Below the pieces are notes generated by a model that was not told the DNA's origin, ran no database searches, and worked only from the letters and a program-made list of their open reading frames with translations. 64,000 nucleotides of DNA from Tubulanus polymorphus. Its lineage: Eukaryota > Animalia > Nemertea. Both the position numbers and the translations under genes were made by a program. The DNA lies in the NCBI RefSeq assembly GCF_964204645.1, contig NC_134027.1:18624560-18688559 (forward strand), given 5' to 3'. Positions 21,346 through 34,008 of the stretch are shown here, piece by piece. Position 1 is the first letter of the stretch; each line of letters opens with the position of its first letter.

Positions 21346-21889
21346 ATAAACGGGTTGACATACACTCGGGGTGTATTTTACACTCAGGAATTTCACCTGA
21401 TGTGTGCGCATCAGTTGTCTTCGTCGATTGTCGCGCAATTGTGTTCTCAGTCCTCATCTATAGATGGGAAGAGGGTTTTTGAGGAAAACATCAACGGGTT
21501 ACGTTGCCTATTTATATGGATACCTATGCTTATTTTTGTAACTGGAATCACTACACATTCTCAACGATTTGTTAAGTTTCGAGGTCATAAGGTTTTGTAC
21601 ATCGTCACCAGGGGGCATTGTATATCAGAAAAAACCACAATCCACAATCGATTCGAAAGTTGTGGCTCATGACATCTCTTATGTTCTATGATAGTGGTGA
21701 GTTTCAATATCGTTTGTTTCTGGGCACGTAGCCTATGTTCGCCAGGCGGCATTGAATAATGAAATTTTTAGACTTTTTAGCATTTCAAACCACCTTCCAA
21801 GTAGGCATTGTGCCTTGTATGCCTAGTTGACATATCTGCACCAAAATCTCGAAATAACTGAATTTCAACATATTTCTGATCTTTTAAAG

Positions 21890-22171
21890 GAAGCTGAGCG
21901 TAAAGAAAATGCAGTCAATGAAGAAGCCTTGATAGATTTCGGATTTACAGGAGATAAGAAAAACAATTTTGGTGGTAGTGGCGGTGGTGGATGTGGGTTT
22001 GCTGATCCTCTTCCTTTACCTGTTCCACCGATGGCACCACCATCTGTTCCTGGATCTGCATCTGCTGCTTATCCGCCTGGGGCAGCTAGTGGTTATCCGC
22101 CACCAGGAGCTAGTGGTTATCCACCCCCAGCTGGAGCTAATCACCAATATCCCCCATACCATAACACAAAT
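21890..22171 (+). CDS. IST1: IST1 coding exon (LIDFGF motif, Gly/Pro-rich linker)
   Basis: aag|EAERKENAVNEEALIDFGFTGDKKNNFGGSGGGG...PPYHNTN|gtaggt; 282 nt, phase 0/0; resembles IST1 DLIDVGFTDD..KGG. Confidence 0.9.
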
Positions 22172-22264
22172 GTAGGTTCTGAATCTTCTTTCCGAAGAAC
22201 ATTTAGTTTTTGCTATCTTCTTATTCAATGAGTTAGAAAAAAAATTGTCAATTTGCTATTATAG

Positions 22265-22411
22265 ATTCTTACAGAACATAAAGTTCCGCCGCCTTTACCT
22301 AACTCACCTCCTAATGCCTCAATGCCTCCTGGTCATACTGGATTTGGAGGAGGTCTACCAGCTACCGGCACTGCATCAATGCCTAATCCTACTGTTGGAG
22401 TCAGTAGTAAC
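22265..22411 (+). CDS. IST1: IST1 coding exon (Pro-rich linker)
   Basis: tag|ILTEHKVPPPLPNSPPNASMPPGHTGFGGGLPATGTASMPNPTVGVSSN|gtaagc; 147 nt, phase 0/0; not in the ORF track. Confidence 0.82.
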
Positions 22412-22724
22412 GTAAGCATTTTAATCTTAAACTCATTTGTTTAAACATGTATTGATGAAATAAGGTGCGTAATTTATGATGGGACATTGCTTATAAATTC
22501 AAATTTTCGATTTAGTTGCCTTGGGTTTCGTCATACAGTCAACCTTGGTTAATCCATCCAGTTAGACCGTATTAGTGCTTATTTCGTATAAATAAATTAT
22601 CCCGTTTTTAGCCCACTTGGGACTAGTTCCGTTTTCAATTTTCATCCAGTTATTTTCGGAAGTTTTGAAGACGCTTCAAGGTAATGGCTTGATATTTGGT
22701 TTATAGATGTATCAACCCTAGACA

Positions 22725-23571
22725 TAGTTAGTTACCTAATCGTTGGTGGTAAGCTTTTTATAATCGGATAGGCTTATACCAACGTTAGGGATGACAAGGA
22801 CCAAAACTCGGTTGAAAAAAGTAACACTTAAAAAATATACTTTCTATTCACTTCAGTCCACAATTAATGGCTTAATTCACAAACTTACACAGGTACCTTT
22901 CGAAATAATCCAATTTTATGTATGTTTCGAGTGGTTAATCAACATTATTTTGAGAAATTAATTAATTTCTCCACCAATTTCGCCATTGGCCGCCATTTCT
23001 CTGTATTGCACATGTGGCATGATAATACAAGGGGACCTACAAGGATTTATATAAAACTTCCAAGACGAAACGACAATTTTTATTTTTGATGGTTTTCCAA
23101 CTTATATTTCAAATCTTCGTGTTTTCCATAATAAAAAATGAAATAATAAATTCTGGTAAAAGAAAAATGTGACTAAGTGTTGATTTCTTAATTTTTTTCA
23201 ATTTCGTCGTTTCGCTTCGTTAGTTTGTGCTGTTGTCCTGGCCTCAGTCCACAGGTGCCAGCACCTCCAGTAATTTTCAAAATGGCAGCTGTTGACCCGA
23301 CGGAAATTTACTCTCACTTTACGGCTGATTTGCACATGGATTAAGATCGTCAGGTGAGGTGTTATAGGTATCAGACAAACTACGAATCTGTTGTGCGTCG
23401 ATTACAACAAATATTAGACGGATATCTTAAGAGACAATGAAATGCCAGGCAAATTACTCGTCAGTCAAATTGGCTGACGAAGATTTCATACAAAAATGAC
23501 CTTCCCATTCCTGACTGTGGTTTGTGAAAATATCCGATCGTGAAACTAAACCACAGACAGGTTACTGACTA
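22725..23571. mobile_element. Non-autonomous TIR element with 9-bp TSD, inside a HINE B copy
   Basis: CCCTAGACA|TAGTTAGTTACC...GGTTACTGACTA|CCCTAGACA. Confidence 0.8.
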
Positions 23572-24276
23572 CCCTAGACACATCTTCATCCCCTAAGGGC
23601 CCATCAGCATGAGAAAAATTGGGTCGATCAGACTCGAGAGGGCTGTCCTATGACTTTTTTTGTGCCCAAAAATGTCAAATTTGGCCTGAATTCTTAGTGT
23701 TTCTATATCATATTCATACCTATGCATATTTTGCTACCACAATCAATTGGAAAGTTGTGGCTGAGCTCAGACCACTATTCCAAAATCTTCATTATCCTTA
23801 ATAGCAAAAACAAGAAATTTGAGAGTTTAGTTCATGCGCGCAAATTCAGGGGAAATCCTGCTTATGGCTCATAGGCCAGCATCTTAGCTATGCATTAAAG
23901 TGGTTTTCGCCCTACACACCCAGCCTAACTTTTGAAATAATCAAACCTTTAGAAAGGAGGGGTATCCCAGTAGAGGTATGCCAGTACATCCGAACCGAAT
24001 ATAGAAGGGAATGTCCCAACCTTAATCCAAGCAAAAAAGGTCCAGGAAATCCCTTATTTCATCATCAATCTGTCTCTCAGGACTAATGGATTTCATTCAT
24101 ATAACAGAAATTTGTTACCTATCCCGTTCGCAGAAATTATGGCAACATTTATGGAGGACCTCTTCTTCAGTCTAGGTACTATTTTTAGGGTCTGGCCCTA
24201 CACATCTTTGAGCTACTAACCTAATTGTGGTCTGATGCCAGCTCATGACATGGTCTATGAATTTCAAGGTCATTGG

Positions 24277-26979
24277 TTTTTAGCCCACTTGGGACTTTGT
24301 CCCAGCGGGCTATTGGGTTCACTTTTCGTCCGTCCGTCCGTAGACGGAATCCAGTTATTTTGGGAAGTTTTGAAGACGCTTTAAGGTAATGTCTTGATAT
24401 TTGGGTTACAGATGTATCTACCCTAGACACATCTTCAGCCCAAAAACTGGCCCTGTCAGATTCAAGATGGCCGACTGGCAGCCATTGTTGTTCGCCAAAA
24501 TCAGCACTTTTTACACATTTTTGAACTTTTTGAGGGAAATTTTGAAGACGCTTTGATCAATTACCTTGATCTTTCGGATATATGTGAATTCCCACAGGGC
24601 CCATCAGCTTAACAAAAATTGGGTCGATCGGACTCAAGATGGCCGTCCTATGACCTTTTTAGTGCCCAAAAATGTTAATTTTGGCCCAAATTCTGAGTCC
24701 TGTAGCTTCCTACTGGTTTATCATTTCTCATTGCAATTTGTGATGGGTATTCTTTGGAAAGGGATGTTTTATACCTGAGACAGGTATTTTTGATCCGCCA
24801 ATTATGACGCAATTGGCGGCCATCTTGGTGTCACCAGTACTCATTCGTAAGTTTTTCCACATTATATTGATACCTAAGCGTATTTTGTTATCACAATCAA
24901 TTACAAAATCGTAGCTGCTGACATGTTCTATGATTGTGGTGAGTTTCAAGGTCATTGGATTCTGTATATGGTCACCAGGGGGCGTTGAATATTGAAATTG
25001 TTAGATTGTTGAGCATTTCAAACCACTTCCCAAGTGGGCATGGTGTCCCTGGACCCCTAGTTGAAAAATACAATAACTTAGTATTTCTATATTATAATCG
25101 TACCTATGCATATTTTGTTACCACAATCAAATAGGAAAGTTGTAGCTCATGACATGGTCTATGATTATGGTGAGTTTCAAGGACATTAGTTATTCTATAT
25201 AGTCACTAGGGGGCGTTGAATAGTAGAATAACTTAGTATTTCCTTATTATATAGGTACCTAGGCATATTTTTTACCATGATCAATTGCAAAGTTGTAGCT
25301 CATGACATGTTCTATGCATGGCTCCCACACTACTGTGAAAACGTGAAAAACTTGTGAATTTAGGATACAAATTTCACGGTTGTGAAAAACTTGTGAATTT
25401 GCTAAAAATCTGTAAAATCCGTGAAAAGACAGGGAATTTGAGAAGAGCTTGTTTTATTTTGCAATTGTCATAGTTTCCGATGCATAGAACGAAACAAATG
25501 TTCCGTGTACAATCGACTTAATAATATCACATTAACAAATTCAAAATTACTTAATTACACCTAAATTAATTGTTACCGTGTGGTGGCGCCATCTATCCCG
25601 CGATCTCAAGGTCGATTGGTGGAGCTGCCTGATTTCGTTCTGGTAACTAGGCATATTTTGTTACCACAATAAATTACAAAATTGTAGCTACTGACATGTT
25701 CTATGATTGTGGTGAGTTTCAAGATCATTGGATTTTTTCAAGGTCATTGGATGGGGCTTTGAATATTGAAATTGTTGAGCATCTGAAACCACTTCCTTAA
25801 GCCGCGGACACACTGGGCAATTTCGTCGGCCGACGAAATCGCCGCAGATTTTATGACCGATTTGATCGCCGACAGACCCGGACACACTGGGCGATTTCGT
25901 CGGCCGATGAAATCGGCGAACAGCGCCGCTTATTTTGAAACGACCAGCTGCTAGCGCCACCTTTAATAAATGAAGAGCTGTGATTGGCTGATTAATACGG
26001 CGCTCGAGGCGACTGATCGTCGTACCCGGACACACTGGGCGATTCTGTCGCCGGCGACGAAATCGCCGGCGACAGAATGCAACATGTTGGATTCGGGCGA
26101 TTTCGTCGGCCGACTAAATCCCCGAAGGCGATTGCCCGGACACACTGGGCGATTTTACCGGCGATTTCGTCGGGTGACGAAATCGGCCAACGAAATCGCC
26201 CAGTGTGTCCGGGCCTTTAGTGAGCATGGTGTCCCTGGACCCTAGTTAACCATTTTGAGGGAAATTTTGAAGACGCATCGATCAATTACCTTGATCTTTC
26301 TTAAATATTTGAATCCTCCAAGGGTCCATCAGCATAAGAAAAATTGGATCGATCGGACTCAAGATGGCCCTCCTTTGACTATTTTTGTACCCAAAAATGT
26401 CAATTTTGGCCCGAATTCTGAGTCCTGTAGCTTTCTACTGGTTTGCCATATCTTATTGCAATTTGTGATGTTATTCTTTGGAAAGGAATGTTTTATACCT
26501 GGGACAGGTATTTTTGATCAGCCAATTATGACACAATTGGCAGCCATCTTGGAGTCACTCAGGCAGTCACTCTTTGTAGGCAGAAAAAAGTTTTTCTACA
26601 TTATATTGATACCTTAGTATATTTTGTTAGCACAGTCAGTTGGAAAATTGTAGTGCATAACCTGTTCTATGATATTAGTGAGTTTATCAACTGCAAAGTT
26701 GTAGCCCATGACATGTTCTATGATTGTGGTGAGTTTCAAGGTCATTGGGTTTTGCATACGGTCGCCAGTGGGCCTTGAATAGTAGAATAACTTAGTATTT
26801 CCATATTAAATTGGTAATGAGGCATATTTTGTTATCACAATCATGACATGCTCTATGATTTTTGGTGAGTTTTAAGGTCATTGATATATGGTCACCATGG
26901 GCGTTGAATATTGAAATTGGTAGATTGTTGAGCATTTGAAACCACTTCCCAAGTGGGCATGGCATCCCTGGACCCCTAG
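24277..26979 (+). mobile_element. Cluster of nested/tandem HINE B copies (uninterrupted copy 24277-25062)
   Basis: Three 3' hairpin ends (~25060, ~26245, ~26978), one full 5' end and several ~155-bp internal units. Confidence 0.8.
25800..26216. mobile_element. PIF/Harbinger-type MITE
   Basis: TTA|AGCCGCGGACACACTGGGC...GCCCAGTGTGTCCGGGCCT|TTA; terminal motif CGGACACACTGGGCGATT repeated internally; palindromes ATTTCGTCGGCCGACGAAAT; sits in the 3' subterminal motif of a HINE B. Confidence 0.88.
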
Positions 26980-27469
26980 ATCTGAAACTGGGTTCAGAAG
27001 TCTGGATTCCACTTATTAATATTTCAACATTTTGTGAGACAATTCTTTCTTTAAAACAGAATAGTGAAATGGCCTTTCCAATGACCTTCTGGTTACCACC
27101 ATCTGACATTGCGTATTTGTGTCAACCTTGCAGAATTCATTGTGTATTCAACATAAGAAGGTTGTATGTGACATGGTCCTGGCTTTTTCTTCTATTTCCC
27201 TATAATTTTTCATGATTCATTTTCTGTACTTTCCTTATCCTTATTTAAAGCGTTGGTCAATTTTAATGGAAAATATAATTGTTTGCTATGAGGAACTCAT
27301 CGTATTAAAAGGCAAATGCCATCAAATTATTCCTTCTTAAACAGAACTTTAATAATAGAAATAAATTATGGTGATAAATTTGAGAACAAGGCCTCAACAG
27401 TTCGCCAAAAATTTTGATTTAGATGTGTGCTTTCTGCAACTCTCTGCTAATCCTATGTCATCTCTGTTC

Positions 27470-27830
27470 CAGTTTAGAATTTGGGCCCCACCTTTTACCT
27501 GTAACTAGATTCTGTAACCTCCCTAACCAGATAAGGATTTGTCCAACATGCAATGTTCTTGGGGATGAATTACATTTTCTTTTTGATTGTATCCTATTCG
27601 CCAAAACACTCCAAATTTAAACAAGTATAGAAATTTGATATAGCCTATTTAAAGCTCCAAATTTTCAATTAGCAAAATTTATTAAAGATGATTTAGATAT
27701 GTATAGGCCCCTCCTGTAGTCATTAGTGTACGATAAATACTACATGTAAATGTATATATTGTGAATAACCTTGTAACCTCTTTACAATGTTTTTAATTTT
27801 TTCTCTTTATTTTAATAGAATTGTAAATGT
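27470..27830 (+). mobile_element. 3' fragment of the RTEX-like LINE family seen at 6931-8760
   Basis: RICPTCNVLGDELHFLFDC and LAKFIK..LD.YR.L* followed by a similar 3' UTR. Confidence 0.75.
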
Positions 27831-29054
27831 AATTTTTAGCGAACCTATGGTTCGCTTTTGCTATCACTAACTGATGACGTCATGCTTCCAATTCATTTGC
27901 CTATCGCGAAAAATTTTAGTAAAACGGGTGGCACACTTTTTATCTAGATGGTCCTGAGATCTGATTTTTTCATCAGAGGTGTCATATAGTATCTATTTTA
28001 GGATCTGAAAATTTCATATAATTACGAACTCGTATTTTTGTGAAATAATCAAAAATATGCCAAAATCGAAACAAATTGCTGTGAAATCAAAATAGTACTG
28101 CTAGTACTATAAAGTTTTGGCTGTTCAAACATTTTCACATAATTTTCTCTGAAAGAACGTCTAGATTTACCGTTCAAACGCAGGGGTCCGACTCGCGCCT
28201 AACTCTCTAATAACGTGGCTCGACCTATGAACTATTGTTTCTTGGATAGATCCAAGAAATATGCTAGCCTATTAGGAACATTTTCAAAATTCAAGTGTGG
28301 ACAGAATGCGCCGAATGGTGGATTTTAATTTCAATCGAGATCAAGGTTAAATTTTGTTTCATAATATTTCAGTCGCAATGTTGACATTTTGTTTCAACAG
28401 ATCAAAGTTTCGGTTTCTTTGAATACATTTGTGAATGACCGCGATGCATCTCCGTGCGCTAGAGACATCGCGCAATACCGCGCATTTCCTGGTTTATTCA
28501 CATGTGTATTACACGGTATTTCTACTTATTGAAGGTAAGATATTCTATGAATAATGATTGTCATTGGTCCTAAATGCCCTGAAAATGTCAACTGCAGCAA
28601 GATGTTAGTACGGGACGGACAGAATATCAAATCCTCTGTCTATTACGATGTGATTGCAATTCAATTCAATGCAATTTAATTTTCACTTTATTGATCTTAC
28701 ACATTGTTTTACAGATACCGTTACCCCAAGAATGAATCACCACCTCGACTCATAGAAGCAGGAATTATCGATATTTTCAAAAAATACGCTTCAACTAATA
28801 TTGTAAGACAAAACTTCTGATATGTTGTAGGCCTAGCTCTGCCGTATCTTTTGATATGAAAATTATTATCTGAAAATAAATATGATTATTGAAACAAGAG
28901 TTGCTGATTGATTTTGATCGCTCCTTTAAAGGTTTAACGATCTAATAGCCGATTTCTTCTGTACCGGTATTTTAACTTCCGCGGCCAACATTGGAAGAGG
29001 TTTCCAAGACCCAATATTCAGCCACCCTCTGATATGTGACATCATATGAATTTT

Positions 29055-29479
29055 AGGCCATCCCATATTAATGGTCTGTTTGCCGGAACCCGACCGACCC
29101 GACTTCAAAGGTACCGAGTGAAAACTTTTTTTCTGGCATTCATTGAAATAACTTTTATTTTTGATAAAAACGGCCGACCGACCGACCCACTGCCGACGTA
29201 TGAGCTACGTATGTTTGAATTCAAGTGTGCATCGTGTGAAAACATGCCTTGACATGTGGCCTAATTTAAGTTTTCCAGGAAACTGGCAGTGTTCCAATAA
29301 GCTGCCATTCTTTCTCATAGTGACTATATTAAAGCTGGTAACATAAAAGCGCGCACTATATCAATGTATTGTTTCATTTTTAACACAGAGATGACGCTCT
29401 GGATGAAGTTATAATTTTAGAAGAATTCTCGAAATCTATGCTATTAGACAATTATTTATGAATTATTTTGGAATGGCCT
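29055..29479. mobile_element. MITE family Y (AGGCCATCCCA termini); other copies ~41096-41573 and ~45540-45793
   Basis: AGGCCATCCCATATTAATGGTCTGTTTGCCG..CCCGACCGACCCGAC; shared internal TATGAGCTACGTAT / GTGCATCGTGTGAAAACATGCC found inverted in the other two copies. Confidence 0.7.
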
Positions 29480-30355
29480 TATTTGAATATTTTTTTCATA
29501 TTGTGAAACATATTTTTTTTGAAAATATAATAGTTTCCCTGCCGCGCCTACCTGTACCCTGCAAATGTATATCTTTCGTCTTATTTGACTACAAAATATT
29601 TCTTTTAAGAAAGATAAAATACAATATAAACTTGTGAAACTTTGAAGTCACGAATTAAAAAGATTTTTCAAGCAATGCCCTTATTCCAAACAACCTCTAG
29701 CTTTCAAGGTAAACTACACTTTGCCCATGGGCAATTTATTTTTTACTTAAGACTAAGCGAGTCGAATTATTTTATCTCTTACATGTACATGCATTTGCAT
29801 AAGATAGAAATACAGTTAAACGAGCGGAACGCCCGCTCCTTCTCCATGACTAAATTCACTTCTAGTTTTTTCTTGTTATTTGGTGCCGGTGACAATTGTC
29901 ATTTGAAAACATTAATATGCTGTCAGTAGGTCATAACTCGGGTCTTTCCCTGCCATTTTATATCCATATTTGGAAATTTCAATCTTCTTCTTTCGTAAAA
30001 ATAAAATCCTGGCTGCCGGGTGCAGAGTTTCCACGAATCTGTTTTTTTTTATAAATGAATAAAAAAACACCAGCCTGCCTGGTCACTTTGGTGAGGAGAG
30101 AAGGTGGAGAAACAAGGTATAATATTTTTCAGCGTTATAGGGAATGGTGTGTAGATGTTCATGTGTAACCTGTTTGAAGATCGCATCCAAAATGGTCTAC
30201 AGGTAGCCATCTTGAATTTGGTCTGAAGAACTCTTAAGACTATTGGTGTATTTGATACAAGTTATGTGAAGTTCACTTTATTTACGTGTTGAGCCACACC
30301 AATGTTCCACCATAGTTGGAAAAAACTTATTGCCAAAATTCTTCCTGTCTTTTAA

Positions 30356-30793
30356 CCCATTAGCATTCAGGAATTTCACTATGTAGTGTTAATTACTCCT
30401 CAGGACATTTAAGGGAAAATCCAAGTTTATCACGATACCAAATAGCTCATTTGCTGTTTATTTTCATGCACTATAAGTTGGTGTTATTTTGTAGTAAATA
30501 GTCAAGGCGTTCTTATCATGTATGATTTGATGAGGTGGGCCATCAAAATCATGTCATTTTGGCCCCCCAAAATTCATCCAAACACTTGGATTTGAAGTGA
30601 GCGCTCGCCCAGATTTGTCATGTTGTTACTCCAAATACTCGAGAATTTCAAATAGGTAGATGTTGATTTCTTTACGTTATTTTGAGGAGTTGGGTGTCTA
30701 GTTTATCATAAGCTATTGGGTTCGAATCCCACTGTAACCGTACATGTATTTGTGCAGCGTACAAAAAAAGTGTCAGGCTTGAGTGCTTATGGG
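30356..30793. mobile_element. piggyBac-like MITE
   Basis: TTAA|CCCATTAGCATTCAGG...CTTGAGTGCTTATGGG|TTAA (13/16 TIR match). Confidence 0.68.
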
Positions 30794-30861
30794 TTAATTA
30801 ATACACAATTACTGCATTTGTTTGATATTTTTCTCAATCTGTGAGTTTTCTTTTACTTCAG

Positions 30862-30913
30862 TTGCCTGATTACAGTTCACATCCAAGAGCGGACAAAGAA
30901 GACCCACCCCCAT
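30862..30913 (+). CDS. IST1: IST1 short coding exon
   Basis: ttttacttcag|LPDYSSHPRADKEDPPP+T|gtgagt; 52 nt, phase 0/1, which is the phase change required to reach the last exon. Confidence 0.82.
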
Positions 30914-33817
30914 GTGAGTATCTCATCCTCTCGTCTAAATGTGAGGCATTTTGTTATACTTACTGGTTATACTTGATCAGTATAGTTTATGAATTCTCAT
31001 GTTCAATCAATATCCCTCCAACTATAGCATGATTCAGAAATTTTCTTGTATCTTTTGAGATAAACTTCTCGGTGCCCTCTATTGTAGACTCAAGTCGACC
31101 TCAGTCCAGGGAGATGAGTGTCATTCCTATTGGTGAGGATCTTACAACATTCCATATTGGAAATTCTTTTACACCAATTCTTTTTACACCAAAAAGTATT
31201 TGACTATATGTGTATTGTTAGTAGAGGAGCAGTGAAGCAGAAAATAGACAGATTTGCTCTACTTGAGATATATTTAGAGCCTACAATCCAATAGGACACC
31301 CCTGCTCAAGTATGGCAATAAGTCAGGGGCACAATAGGGAGTATGAATTCATGTTTTCACGCAAGAAAATGAAGACATTCAAGGTTCCACAGCCATACAT
31401 TGGATGATTCACAATTCATGCATTAAGTTTATTAAAATTGTTAGTTTTTATGAGAGAAAATGAAGCGTTGAAGTTAAACAACTCAACTGGTATTCGAAAT
31501 CATTTAAGACAAGCGAATGAATGACTATTTCATAGTCTCACTTGCCAAATGTCAATAAACCATTCAATTCTAACCAAGATGTTGGAATCCCCAACCCATT
31601 CGATTTGTTGTTCGCCCATGATTTTATGATTCCCAGAGAATTTATACCATGAGATTCCCAAATCAAGCTGTTTTTTTGTCAACTTCACATTTACAAGTAC
31701 TTCGCCAATTCATATTTTGATGATGAATACATGATTTCACAAAGAAATTTGTTGATTTATCAGTTCATAAAAAACGTATTGTTCCCCTGATATGGCAATG
31801 AGAATAGCCTATAGCTAAGATTAACCTGGCCTGCTCTTGTACAAAAATTATTTTCAAATTACATTCCAAAAATGAGTTAAACTGCCATCTGTAAAAATGC
31901 CAAATTCACCTATCACCAACAATTTGGCTATGAATGTTCATTAATATCATATTTACGCCTTGCACCCCAATGCTGTATTTCTATGAAATTTCACTGGATA
32001 ATTCGAAAGAGAAGCTCGTTATTAGCCCCAACGATATCATCCAGATCCACAGTTATGAGTTGATATTAACCTCTCTATTGAAAATGATGCAGCTGTCTAT
32101 CTGCTGTCTGTATCCCCCCACCTCAGACTATGGACAGACTATGGTTATCGAAAAACTGATTGTCAAGACTTCGCCATATCACAGCAACAAGATTCGCCAG
32201 GATATAACCAATATGCCAAGGATTTCAGGCACAGACCATATGCAGCCTATCACCAACATCAAGATGATATCCATGACAGACATTGCCAGACATCGTTCAG
32301 ACTATTAAAGTTTAAAACATAAGCCTCAGATTATTTTGGTTTGATCAAATTGGCAAATCATTTTGAAATGTTGGTGAGAGTAAGATATCTACAAGTTTAA
32401 CATACTAGCAGAATGGATGAGAGGCCTACTCGAGGGCAAAGCAAAACTGACATTAAAACAAGGGTTATTTCAAACATAGACAGCTCTCTGGAGCGTTTCA
32501 CTTAGACTGAGATTTCTTTCGTCTACAGTGAGCAGATAATGAAAGCTATATCATGTTTCTTGTATTTATGGGATGGCGGACAGTTGGGAAAATACCTGAT
32601 TTGACATAATTACAAACTTCACACATATTTTCAGAACTCATTGTACCGTAGTATCACATGTGCATAAGGTTCGAATCATGTTAATAATTATGTACAAATA
32701 TGTTATCGACACTATTATAAAATAAGATCATATAAGATAATATAAGATCGCACGGACAGATTGTCATTTCAGTGACAATATGTTTGACAGGCATTCGCCA
32801 TCCTGCCCTAGTTCGAAATGCTAGACATTCAACATCCAAATAACACACCTTTCCACGTGTTTTTGATAGGCATTTGTCATCCCGACAAAAACTGATTGTC
32901 ATGACATCGACAAGGTCGGCGTCGATCATCTGAAGGGATGGGTACAGATAGCAGATTGACAGATGCATAACTATTTTGACTCAAGGGTCAAACAGTTGTT
33001 TTAACTGAGTGCTGGTGTGCCAAAATGTAAGAAGTTGAACTATTCGATTAAACATGAACCATTTTTCACGGCAGTTCTAAGAGAGGAATTATTCAAATTT
33101 GCCTTGTCCTAAATGACTGACTAAGTCTAGTTTTAGTTGTAGTAAGGTGGTACTATGCCAAAAATTCCAAAATCATACGTTTATTTTATCAAGTGAAAAC
33201 TAAAAACTTTGAGTTTTATTTATGATGCTATTTCCCTCGCCTAGTGGTTTTAAATATTTGTCATAAATTGCAACAAGGTAGAATTAAAATGTGCTATGTA
33301 ATGATGATGTTAGCTGATTACAGCAACTTTTGTTTTTCCGATATGTTATATTCAAGGACAATTTAGTTGATTTGGCTGATTGTGACCAAATTATTTTTAC
33401 GGTATAAGTAATCTAAGTTATTGAAGATACGGTTAATTCATTGTTTGGGAAAATTGAAAGGGAAATATTTGGACTAAAAACTAATATGATAAAAGTTAAT
33501 CTACACTAAATCTAATGATGTTATACCCGAGGTTTATTGTAATAATCTGAAATAACAGTATACAACATTTCGTCAAGTGTAGGGAGCTATGATCCCACAC
33601 AGGCCCCCTATCAATTGTTCATTGGCCATAAAAAAGGTAGCCTTTACAGAATACCTATCAAAATCTGGGATACAGCGGAAAACCGGTCTGTCCATACCTG
33701 TCCAACTGGCTTAAAACAACTTCCCCACCACCACCAGAAAACACCCACTTTTCCCAATAACAACTGCATTTGGCTAATAGCGCTAAACATCTGAGGTAAA
33801 GTTTAATTTTATTTTAG

Positions 33818-34008
33818 ATTCATCAATGCCATATCAACCGAATATATCATCAGTGGCTCCAGCACCCCCTGGTGTTGATACATTACCTGAATTACCATCA
33901 GTTCCTGGGAATTCTAGTTTCTCTACATTAGACAGTTCTGCTGGAGGTGAAGATGTGGATTTTGATGATTTAACCCGAAGATTTGAACAGTTGAAGAAAA
34001 AGAAATAA
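33818..34008 (+). CDS. IST1: IST1 last coding exon (MIM2 and MIM1 motifs)
   Basis: ttttag|(Y)SSMPYQ...LPELPSVP...EDVDFDDLTRRFEQLKKKK*; canonical IST1 C-terminus. Confidence 0.96.

Noticed and set aside
25800-26216. CRISPR-like recurrence of CGGACACACTGGGCGATT with intervening sequence
   Set aside because: Irregular spacing, spacers are related palindromes, last copy is inverted, TTA TSD: a Harbinger-type MITE. No cas genes; eukaryotic context.
30690-30745. GGGTTCGAATCCC B-box suggesting a tRNA gene
   Set aside because: No cloverleaf or convincing A-box; at most a decayed SINE head inside a MITE.
31934-32968. ORFs 31934-32308 (+) and 32681-32968 (-) sharing a LSIC.LYP peptide
   Set aside because: The similarity comes from a short inverted repeat (~32087-32115 / ~32938-32968) of a probable decayed TIR element, not from protein conservation; boundaries too uncertain to annotate.
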